From Octopus sinensis (taxonomy: Eukaryota): DNA of 64,000 nt. Below are positions 53,729 to 64,000 of the stretch, one piece after another. The first letter of the stretch is position 1. Every line of letters begins with the position of its first letter. Below the pieces are notes generated by a model. The model was not told the DNA's origin. It saw nothing but the letters and a program-made list of their open reading frames with translations, and did no database searches. The position numbers were made by a program, and so were the translations under genes. Location: positions 24,118,001 to 24,182,000 of the forward strand of contig NC_042997.1 in assembly GCF_006345805.1 (NCBI RefSeq), read 5' to 3'.

Positions 53729-53789
53729 GCACACAATAAAATGTCGTTAAGTTGAAACTGTTGCTAATGTAAAAAGAAATGGAATATTC

Positions 53790-54025
53790 TTTTCTTTTAT
53801 TCTTTTACTTGTTCCAGTCATTTCATTGTGGCTATGCTGGAGTACCGCCTTCAGTCGAGCAAATTGACCCAAGAGCTTATTCTTTGTAAGCCTAGTACTT
53901 ATTCTATCGATTTTTTTGCCGAACCGCTAAGTTACGGGGACATAAACACACCAGCATCGGTTGTCAAACGATGTTGGGGGGACAAAGGCAGACACACAAG
54001 CATATACACACACAGACACACACAT

Positions 54026-54085
<60 letters not shown>

Positions 54086-54215
54086 GTATACGACGGGCTT
54101 CTTCCAGTTTCCGTCTACCAAATCCACTCACAAGGCTTTGGTCGGCCCGAGGATATAGTAAAAGACACTTGCCCAAGGTGCCACGCTGTGGGACTGAACT
54201 CATGACCATGTGGTT
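53790..54215 (-). mobile_element. SINE family A, 5' head truncated
   Basis: Matches the other copies. Confidence 0.88.
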
Positions 54216-54327
54216 CAGTGAAACTATTTTTTCGTTTTCAGAAAAAGTTAAGTCTTAGGCTTGCGACACATTTGTATAATAGCAACGATATGTATATATG
54301 TATATACATATTTATATGCATGTAGGA

Positions 54328-54378
<51 letters not shown>

Positions 54379-54970
54379 TATTTCTTGCTCAGTCGAAATC
54401 GAAGAATTTTACATAGTATCCCATCACTTATTATTACAAGAACAAATGCATTATACGTCAGAAGCGATTTCCAATGTGAACAAATATGTTTATACATCTT
54501 TACGTCCTGGGTTCAAATTTTGCCGTGGACAACTTTGCCTTTCATCCTTGTGAGGTTGATAAATTAAGTACCAGTGAAATTACTGGGGCGGATGCAATCG
54601 ACTATCCCCTGCTCCTCATATTCCTGGCCTTTTGCCTATAGTAGAAAGTATTATTACCAATTATATATTTGTAGGGATTCGAAAGTTTCAACAACATCCT
54701 TTACCGGAATGGATTGCTTTCCTAAAGTTATCATGTAACTTCTCTCTTCAAGATTCAGGATAGGCAGCAGAGGATACCATGTTTATGAAGATATTAAGTG
54801 TTGGATGATATTCCTCCGAACTCAATTGTGCCCTATTTATTTGCACTCAAACTATGCAGAAATAAACTGGAATAAAATAAAGAGAGAATTCTAATTTATC
54901 GAAGGTGCTTAGTAGCTTGGTATTAAAGAACGACGTTAAGAATGAACGCATATAAGAATATATAGCACAG

Positions 54971-55031
<61 letters not shown>

Positions 55032-55413
55032 ATACACAATGCATCAGGTGCTTAGCGTTAACTCGTCTTTCCCTACTAAATATTTAAAATGCTGTTCTAT
55101 TACAAATATCTACCGAAATTTAAGGAGCCATACTACGGTGCTGCATTTATAAGAAGCGAAAATGCTCATACAGCCAACTAATAGCATACCCCCATCACTT
55201 CCAGAATTGAAGAGAACAATCGTAGACAATAGCCTTATGCACACACATACACATATGTATATCTACATACATATATATATATACTCACACACACATATAT
55301 ATATATCTATATATATAAATATACAGATATAGGTATAGTTATATATATATGTACATATATACTGATATATATGTTTGTATATATATGTATATATATATAT
55401 ACTGATATAGCTA

Positions 55414-55449
<36 letters not shown>

Positions 55450-55452
<3 letters not shown>

Positions 55453-56395
55453 TTATGTGGTTTATGAAGAACACCGTAAATTACTTATTAAGCCAATATT
55501 CAGTGAAAATTTCTGAAACGGAGACAAAATTTTATGCCCGAGCATGTGTGTTTTTGTATGTCTCTGCATTTGTTTTGTATCTCTGTATGTGCGTTTCTCT
55601 ATGTGTGTATGTGTGTATAAATGCGTGATATCTGGCGAATATGCCCCAAGTATAATTATGTTATTCAATTTTGCAATTTACCTACTTTCTTTTAAGTCCA
55701 AAAACCGAAAGTGAAAAAAAAGAACAAAGAAAAACATTACAAATATTTTCCTCACGAAGCGCGAAAAGTTTTTCCAAAAAGTGTGACAAAATATTTTTAA
55801 AACATAACTCTTTATATTTTGTGTTAAAGTACTTAATTGTACTGAATATATATACGGCACTCTTCCAGAAGATATTATCAACATTCTCTTCGACTCCTCA
55901 ACTAAAAGGACAGTAGAAAAGCGGGAAAAAATTTAACAAAGAATACAAGCCGGAATACAGTGACAATGAAACTTAATCTCAGTAATAAGCGGCAATACAG
56001 GACTTCAAACAGAATTCGATTTGTGAAAGGGAATGAATTATAATAAAAAATATATATAATAAAAATAAAGAAACATATAATTTTCAAGGAATAATCGATT
56101 TTCAATCCATCCATCAATAATAGTGTTAAGTGTTACTTTGACAAAGGAGTGAGTGACATGAAGAGTGAGAGAAAAAAATTTAACTGTCCCTATTCATAAA
56201 TTGCGAACAAAACAAGAGAAGCGATAATAAAAATAAATAGTTATCTGGCCAAATGTGTAAAATAGACGTTAAGTAAATATAATAAACTCATATGATAAAT
56301 CGGTTCAATGTATTAAAAGAAAATAACTCACAGAATACATATTTTAATGAGTAATTTAGGGATAGGAACTTCTTTTATATATATATATATATATT

Positions 56396-56443
<48 letters not shown>

Positions 56444-56608
56444 CATATATATACGTATATATATGTATGTATATATATATATATATACATATATATACAT
56501 ATATATATATATATTATATATATAATATATATATATATTATACAAATATATATTATATATATGTATGTTTATATATATATATATTATACATATATATATA
56601 TATATATC

Positions 56609-56695
<87 letters not shown>

Positions 56696-57698
56696 ATATA
56701 TGTGTGTGTATGTATAACATATTTATATGTATATGTATAAAAAATATATATATATACACTTATGTGGTTTATGAAGAACACCGTAAATTACTTATTAAGC
56801 CAATATTCAGTGAAAATTTCTGAAACGGAGACAAAATTTTATGCCCGAGCATGTGTGTTTTTGTATGTCTCTGCATTTGTTTTGTATCTCTGTATGTGCG
56901 TTTCTCTATGTGTGTATGTGTGTATAAATGCGTGATATCTGGCGAATATGCCCCAAGTATAATTATGTTATTCAATTTTGCAATTTACCTACTTTCTTTT
57001 AAGTCCAAAAACCGAAAGTGAAAAAAAAGAACAAAGAAAAACATTACAAATATTTTCCTCACGAAGCGCGAAAAGTTTTTCCAAAAAGTGTGACAAAATA
57101 TTTTTAAAACATAACTCTTTATATTTTGTGTTAAAGTACTTAATTGTACTGAATATATATACGGCACTCTTCCAGAAGATATTATCAACATTCTCTTCGA
57201 CTCCTCAACTAAAAGGACAGTAGAAAAGCGGGAAAAAATTTAACAAAGAATACAAGCCGGAATACAGTGACAATGAAACTTAATCTCAGTAATAAGCGGC
57301 AATACAGGACTTCAAACAGAATTCGATTTGTGAAAGGGAATGAATTATAATAAAAAATATATATAATAAAAATAAAGAAACATATAATTTTCAAGGAATA
57401 ATCGATTTTCAATCCATCCATCAATAAATAGTGTTAAGTGTTACTTTGACAAAGGAGTGAGTGACATGAAGAGTGAGAGAAAAAAATTTAAATGTCCCTA
57501 TTCATAAATTGCGAACAAAACAAGAGAAGCGATAATAAAAATAAATAGTTATCTGGCCAAATGTGTAAAATAGACGTTAAGTAAATATAATAAACTCATA
57601 TGATAATCGGTTCAATGTATTAAAAGAAAATAACTCACAGAATACATATTTTAATGAGTAATTTAGGGATAGGAACTTCTTTTATATATATATATATT

Positions 57699-57747
<49 letters not shown>

Positions 57748-57912
57748 CATATATATACGTATATATATGTATGTATATATATTATATATACATATATATA
57801 CATATATATATATATATTATATATATATTATATATATATATTATACAAATATATATTATATATATGTATGTTTATATATATATATATATACGTACATACA
57901 TTTATACATATA

Positions 57913-58010
<98 letters not shown>

Positions 58011-58050
58011 ATGTATAACATATTTATATGTATATGTATAAAAAATATAT
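55450..58050. repeat. Near-identical tandem duplication, 1307-bp period
   Basis: CACTTATGTGG at 55450 and 56757; duplicate ORF pairs 55462/56769, 55671/56978, 55902/57209. Confidence 0.92.
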
Positions 58051-58591
58051 ATTATACATATATACATGCATATAAAAAACCCAATAAAAATTTCGACAAT
58101 GAGAGAGAGAGAGAGAGAGGGGGGGGAGAGAGAATTACAGAGAAAGAGACAGTGATACCGATACACAGAGAAGAATTTTTTTTTTTAGAAAAAGTCATGC
58201 AGTGTATAGATCTATGTTTTTGTGGGAAGTTGTGCATGAAATGTCCATTCATCTAAAACTATAGAAAACAATGGTGGAAACACACCTTCACAAAACAAAG
58301 CAAAAAAAAAAAAACAACTTTAAATAAGAATCACTCACTATATACGATTATTACATAAGTAAGCGGAGGAAATAGGAAAGTTTCGATCAGTAGTGTGTCA
58401 TAAGAGGTAATTGTCTCGTTTTGTTCATAATAATGACTGGAGACTGTATAAGATAGAAAACCAGTTTCCAGTGAAATGGCACCATTTAGAGGCTTTAAAG
58501 CATTTATTTTCTGCTGAATTTCAGCAAAGTTAACATTGTATTAGATGCCTGTGTATACGCACTCAGATACATACACATTCATATATGCATT

Positions 58592-58693
<102 letters not shown>

Positions 58694-58955
58694 ATATATG
58701 TATATATACATACATAACTATAACTAACGACAATTATTATACCCACAACATACAACATTTGTATACGTTATGATGCATACACATGCAAACTCTCCCATTC
58801 AAACATACATACATACATGCATCATATATACATGATAATATGTGTGTGTGTGTGTATATATGTATGTATATATATATACATAGAGAGAGAGAGAGACAGA
58901 GAGACAGAGAGAGAAAGAAACATATTATATATACATATACATATATATATATATA

Positions 58956-59341
58956 TACTCTTTTACTCTTTTACTTGTTTCAGTTCTTTGACTGTGGCCA
59001 TGCTGGAGCACCGCCTTTAGTCGAGCAAATCGACCCCAGGACTTATTCTTTGTAAGCCCAGTACTTACTCTATCGTTCTCTTTTGCCGAACCGCTAAGTG
59101 ACGGGGACGTAAACACACCAGCATCGGTTGTCAAGCAATGCTAGGGGGACAAACACAGACAAACAAACACATACACACACACACATATATATATACATAT
59201 ATACGACAGGCTTCTTTCAGTTTCCGTCTACCAAATCCACTCACAAGGCATTGGTCGGCCCGGGGCTATAGCAGAAGACACTTGCCCAAGATGCCACGCA
59301 GTGGGACTGAACCCGGAACCATGTGGCTGGTTAGCAAGCTA
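58956..59341 (-). mobile_element. SINE family A body; its head lies at 61541-61578, split off by an insertion
   Basis: Joining 61578-61541 to 59341-58956 restores the complete family A sequence. Confidence 0.9.
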
Positions 59342-61540
59342 TTTTATTTCATAACATTTGCCATAAAGGCAGTACATAGAGTAAGTTAGCTTTGCGGGCT
59401 GGACGAGGACATTAATGAAATGAATGATAATGAAAGAAAGATGATGGGGATGGGAGAAGACAAAAAGCGCCCGCCGATTTCTGCTTCTCTAAAACATTGT
59501 TCTTTTAAAAACAAACACAAAACGAGGTATTAAACCTCTTACAATTTTTACAACTTTTCAATTTTTGGACTTAACAGTCCATTCCTAACAACAACATAGT
59601 TCAATAATTACATATGATATAAATACAATACACAAAGCCCCTCCTCCCAGACCTGGCTTACACTTCCCTTAGGAATGCGACAGCTCTAGGTCGGGGCCCC
59701 TCAAGTCGTATCACAATTTATGACTCGTCCTGAAAATAACTTGTGCCCGCACCCGCCACAATCCACCACGCCTCCCTCAGAACGTAATCGAGTTCCGTGT
59801 TAGCGTCGCCCGGGACCAAGCTATAATCCTCATTGAGCTCCTTCAGCCCAAGCGTCACGTCGAACGCCACAGCCTCCACAGCTACCTGCGGAGGCCATTC
59901 GGGGTCCTGTGTGAAGGCTAAAGGTGCTCCCTTATGGTGCTTTTCCATCACCTTTTCAATCTCTCCGCCTCTATGGAAGAGGATCAATACATCGTTTCTC
60001 CTCGGGTGCGGGATATTCAATTCTTTCGTTGGCAGCACAGTTCCCGCCAACGGTGTTTCTTCTCCTGTCGGTGGCACAACCACAACCGACGTAGTTCCGG
60101 GACATTCCGGTACTATGTCACCGACTGCCGGTAATGTCCCGTTTCTCCTCCTCTTTTTCTTTTTTTCTTTTCAACTGAGGGAGGGTGCGTCTCCTCCGTG
60201 GCCAGAAGATTCGCCTTTCCCTCCTCATCCCTAGTATCTTTTGGTGAGCACCCATTGTTGCTCACCTTCCTCTTTCGGCCTCTGTTTGAGGAGTCCTCCG
60301 CTTCCTCGGCCGTTTTCATTCCCTCTTCTACACGGGTTTCACTTAACTGCTCCGGGATCCTATTTTGTTCCCGGGGACGTTTTTCTTTATATGGCCGGAC
60401 TCCAAGCACCGATGACACCTAGGGGGGGGGGGCGACTCTCAAGTATCACCGGGTACCTGCACCCGGCCATTTTCAAAAAATCTGGAAGAAACAGATTGGC
60501 TAATTGGGTCCAAACAGCCGCAGGAAGAACTTTCACATTAAGAAGCTTAGCTCCGCTGCTACCCAGATCCCGGCGGATAGTCTCCTCTATCCACTCGGGT
60601 TTTATCCCGGGTGGCAGCCCGCAGATCCAAGCTTTCGTCAGTCTCTTTTTTTGGTACGTGGGCAGAAATAAAATTTCCTTACCCTCCAGGGGTTTACTAC
60701 CAAATTTGCAAGCCTCTTCAGGGGTGTCAAATAGCAACCACACCGTTGCATATCTGACACACCTGGAAATGAATTTAATTGTTGGAAAATACTCTGCCAA
60801 CTCCTTTTCAATTGCCGTCTTTTCGAATAGGGCGATGGTGTCGAGTGCCTTGGAGTAGGTTCTCAACACCACCGTACTATCTTCACGGTCTTTTAACCAC
60901 TTTTTAGGCGGTATAATCTCCCATTCCAAAATTTTGTCATTTTTCATTGCCATGTTTTTTGGGGTTTTTTTAAATATATTCAAAATAAAATTAAAAAGCG
61001 AGAAGAAAAAAGTTCAAAAGTCCAAATAAAATTCGATAGATTTTTTGAAAAACAAAAAGGAGAAAGCACAACAGAAGGGAAGAAATCAACGGAAAGTCGC
61101 AATAAACAAAAAAAACAAAAGGGGGAGCTAAATAAAGTTCAAAAGAAAGTCAATAAACAGCAAAACACAGCAAAAATCTTCTATATTATTCTTATAGTTT
61201 TCTTGCGAGATACGCCCACAAGAAGAATTCTCAATTCACCGTTACGGTCAAAATTTAACACTATTTTCAAACGAAAGTTTGGCAGGATACGCCCACCAAA
61301 CCAATAATTTTCACAATTAAGTGAATATTTTCACTCAGCCTCAGGTAGACCAGAGTCTAGTGAGGACTTCTTGCTTGTAAAAATAATTTGCAACATACAA
61401 CAGGTCCCCACTAGACCCCCAAAATTCTTATCTTACGGCTGAGTATTCAAAAGTCTTCAAATTAAGACGGCTTTCAAAAACACGGCTTACATCTACGGTG
61501 TCCAGCACCACATTGACTTGCACATGTGTAGAAGCAACCT
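59342..61540 (-). mobile_element. 2.2-kb ORF1-only non-LTR retroelement (HAL1/Tx1-like, non-autonomous) with 12-bp TSD
   Basis: TSD GTTAGCAAGCTA at 59330-59341 and 61541-61552; ~560-nt 5'UTR, ORF1, ~375-nt 3'UTR ending AAATAAAA; no RT or endonuclease. Confidence 0.8.
59718..60983 (-). pseudogene. Gag/ORF1-like protein (~420 aa): putative RRM-like N-terminus, CCHC knuckle, charged linker; three frameshifts
   Basis: Correcting the G11 run (60422-60432) and a 1-nt deletion near 60378 gives ...YPVILESRPP-RCHRCLESGHIKKNCPREQNRIP...; third shift in the A-rich stretch near 60150. RRM assignment is inference. Confidence 0.7.
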
Positions 61541-61599
61541 GTTAGCAAGCTACTTACCACACAGCCACTCCTACGCCTATATATGTATATCTTTCTCTC

Positions 61600-61630
<31 letters not shown>

Positions 61631-61825
61631 GTCTCCATGCATTAAATGTCAAGGTGGTTTTCACCATTAACCGTCTTCTCATAGACTCTCATAGACTCAA
61701 AGACCGAAAGACTCCTGAACCTGACGGACCAGCCCGCACAGTGACACCCGTCTGATTCGCTTCCATTGCTATTGTCTATCGGGGGTTTTATTCTTACCAG
61801 TAAACACAGTTATACCTGTTGACAG

Positions 61826-62208
61826 TGGAGGCGCAATGGCCCAGTGGTTAGGGCAGCGGACTCGCGGTCATAGGATCGCGGTTTCGATTCCCAGACCGGG
61901 CGTTGTGAGTGTTTATTGAACGAAAACACCTAAAGCTCCACGAGGCTCCGGCAGGGGATGGTGATGATCGCTGCTGTACTCTTTCACCACAACTTTCTCT
62001 CACTCTTACTTCCTGTTTCTGTTGTACCTGTATTTCAAAGGGCCGGCCTTGTCACTCTCTGTGTCACGCTGAATATCCCCGAGAACTACGTTAAGGGTAC
62101 ACGTGTCTGTGGAGTGCTCAGCCACTTACACGTTAATTTCACGAGCAGCCTGTTCCGTTGATTCGGATCAACCGGAACCCTCATCGTCGTGACCGACGGA
62201 GTGCTTCC
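61826..62208 (+). mobile_element. SINE family C, full length, 11-bp TSD
   Basis: TSD ACCTGTTGACA at 61814-61824 and 62209-62219; A/B boxes. Confidence 0.92.
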
Positions 62209-62597
62209 ACCTGTTGACATAATCTGACAACTTGAAATAGGTCTTGTCCGACCAAACAGTATTGTCAAAGAATTGTGTATCTCTACGAATCTCTTTCAGC
62301 GTGAATTCTGCAAGCTGCATAAGATGACCTGGGTTATCCATTGTTAGGTATTGCAGGAGTTTGAACTGGTATAACTTGAGGTTCAGTTGGTTTCTTGAGA
62401 TGACTGTGAGACCTTCGTGAAATGCCCATCTCAGCCGACGATTGTTTGGTCGACATCATAAGGCTATTTGCAGACGTCAATTTTACTTGTATCTCATTTT
62501 CTTTAGTGATAACATTCATGGATGACCGGATTTGGGATTTTTCTTCAATGAAGTTGCTGTCACGAATTTGTTTCTTACCTTGTAAATTGATTATTGT

Positions 62598-62986
62598 GGA
62601 TGGAAGCACTCCGTCGGTTACGACGATGAGGGTTCCGGTTGATCCGAATCAACGGAACAGCCTGCTAGTGAAATTAACGTGTAAGTGGCTGAGCACTCCA
62701 CAGACACGTGTACCCTTAACGTAGTTCTCGGGGATATTCAGCGTGACACAGAGAGTGACAAGGCCGTCCCTTTGAAATACAGGTACAACAGAAACAGGAA
62801 GTAAGAGTGAGAGAAAGTTGTGGTGAAAGAGTACAGCAGGGATCACCACCATTCCCTGCCGGAGCCTCGTGGAGCTTTTAGGTGTTTTCGCTCAATAAAC
62901 ACTCACAACGCCCGGTCTGGGAATCGAAACCGCGATCCTATGACCGCAAGTCCGCTGCCCTAACCACTGGGCCATTGCGCCTCCAC
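62598..62986 (-). mobile_element. SINE family C, full length, 14-bp TSD
   Basis: TSD AAATTGATTATTGT at 62584-62597 and 62987-63000. Confidence 0.92.
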
Positions 62987-63839
62987 AAATTGATTATTGT
63001 AATGATGGGCTAATGTGAGAGGTTTCTGTCCACTTTTGGTATACCGTTTCTTCATTTCCCAAATTCCAGTGATTTTTTTACGGTCCACATTCTCTCGTTA
63101 TATGACAAGTTGCCAGCCAGTATGCCTCATAACTCTGAAAAATAGAAAATAAAACTGTCAGTCTACTTGTGCTTCACACTGTACTTTGATTTTGTAAGCC
63201 CTGGGCCGCCAGTAATGAATTGTCACCTTCATCATTTTACTGATTTCATAATTTTACTTAACGCTAATTTTTATTTCATTATATTTTACTGTAGTTGCTT
63301 TGTGGCTAGACAATGATCAGATGCAGCTAAATTCATTCTTTCCGTTTCGGATTTTATTCGAGCTTCTTGAGGCATTGTAAGCATTCCTTCTGGAATAATT
63401 CCCGCTTCTCGGGTTTTGCAGCCTTTAGATATGGAATATTTTCCTCTCCATTGTTTCCTTCGTATATTCTAGAATTTCTTTCTGATTCTGCCTTTCCTTT
63501 CTAAAAACTTTACTTTTGTTTTGCTTTTATTTTATTGTTTGTCTTTAATGTTATTAGGTTTTAGTTTCTTGTAATTTGTAATTTGCTCTGCATATAGAAA
63601 CCGCTTACTAGGGCATTGCCTTTTGTAAATGGTTTTAAGCTATGGATTCACAGGAGATTGCTTATAATTTGTCCGTTGCATATATTACAAATGTTGGTTT
63701 TGTTTAGCTAATTAGTTAACGAAGTGAAAGTCAGGCAGAAGCGTAAAAGAAACGTGAGGTTTCTCGGAAAGATTCCTCGTCCAGTAGAAGTAGGGATGGT
63801 TTATGATTTGGTCTCCATAAAATAGTAACAGTTGAATAC

Positions 63840-63935
63840 TGGGACCCATGTACTGGGGTCGCTGTAATCGACCAACCCCCATCCCCACAAAATTTCAGGC
63901 TTATTACCTATAGTAGGAAGGGTTATTATTATTAT
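63840..63935 (+). mobile_element. Diverged 3' part of a family B-related SINE
   Basis: GTACTGGGGTCGCTGTAATCGAC...CCTATAGTAGGAAGGGTTATTATT. Confidence 0.55.
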
Positions 63936-64000
63936 TAGGTGGTGTGGTGGTAGTGGCAGCGCAGGCGGTGGCAGCAGCAGCAGTAGTAGCAGCAGCAGCA

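Larger units (their letters stand above)
61640..63130 (-). mobile_element. Tc1/mariner-superfamily (maT/DD37D-like) transposase relic interrupted by two SINEs
   Basis: After removing the SINEs: SIYKVRNKF...KSGHP, VITKENEIQV...STKQSSAEMGISRRS, FFDNTVWSDKTYFKLSDYVNRYNCVYW...NP...GVTVRAG...EKTVNGENHL. Confidence 0.8.

Noticed and set aside
62575-63140. Host exon (strong minus acceptor near 63140, AAG|GTAAGA donor near 62580)
   Set aside because: All frames have stops, and the sequence translates as transposase N-terminus continuous with the DDD-domain motifs.
63290-63510. Purine-rich minus-strand open stretches as an exon
   Set aside because: Weak acceptor, stops in all frames, no recognisable protein.

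Overview
AT-rich, microsatellite-saturated animal genomic DNA. Repeat types and (TA)n/(CA)n/(AAT)n density suggest an octopus or other coleoid cephalopod (inference from recalled repeat families, not verified). No complete host gene is evident; there is one candidate start exon at 1-234 (minus strand) and two weaker exon candidates. Nearly all long ORFs in the supplied track are microsatellite artefacts. Recognisable content: at least four tRNA-derived SINE families, three mariner relics, a maT/DD37D-like transposase relic, a pogo-type MITE, a 5'-truncated CR1-clade LINE, three R4/Dong-type LINE 3' ends in an (AAT)n field, a Penelope-like RT fragment, local tandem duplications and a 100-N gap. 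Main result: a ~488-bp monomer forms two tandem, partly inverted arrays inserted in (TA)n (14767-16938, 31160-32485). Each monomer carries a complete type I hammerhead ribozyme fold with a compensatory change between subfamilies, and a third very divergent relative at ~24.1 kb keeps the same fold. This looks like a retrozyme-like/Penelope-mobilised circRNA system. Two other hammerhead families occur, one with a non-canonical CUGUYGA core. A TSD-flanked 2.2-kb ORF1-only (HAL1-like) retroelement sits inside a SINE tRNA head. All RNA structures were paired by eye; none was computed or tested.
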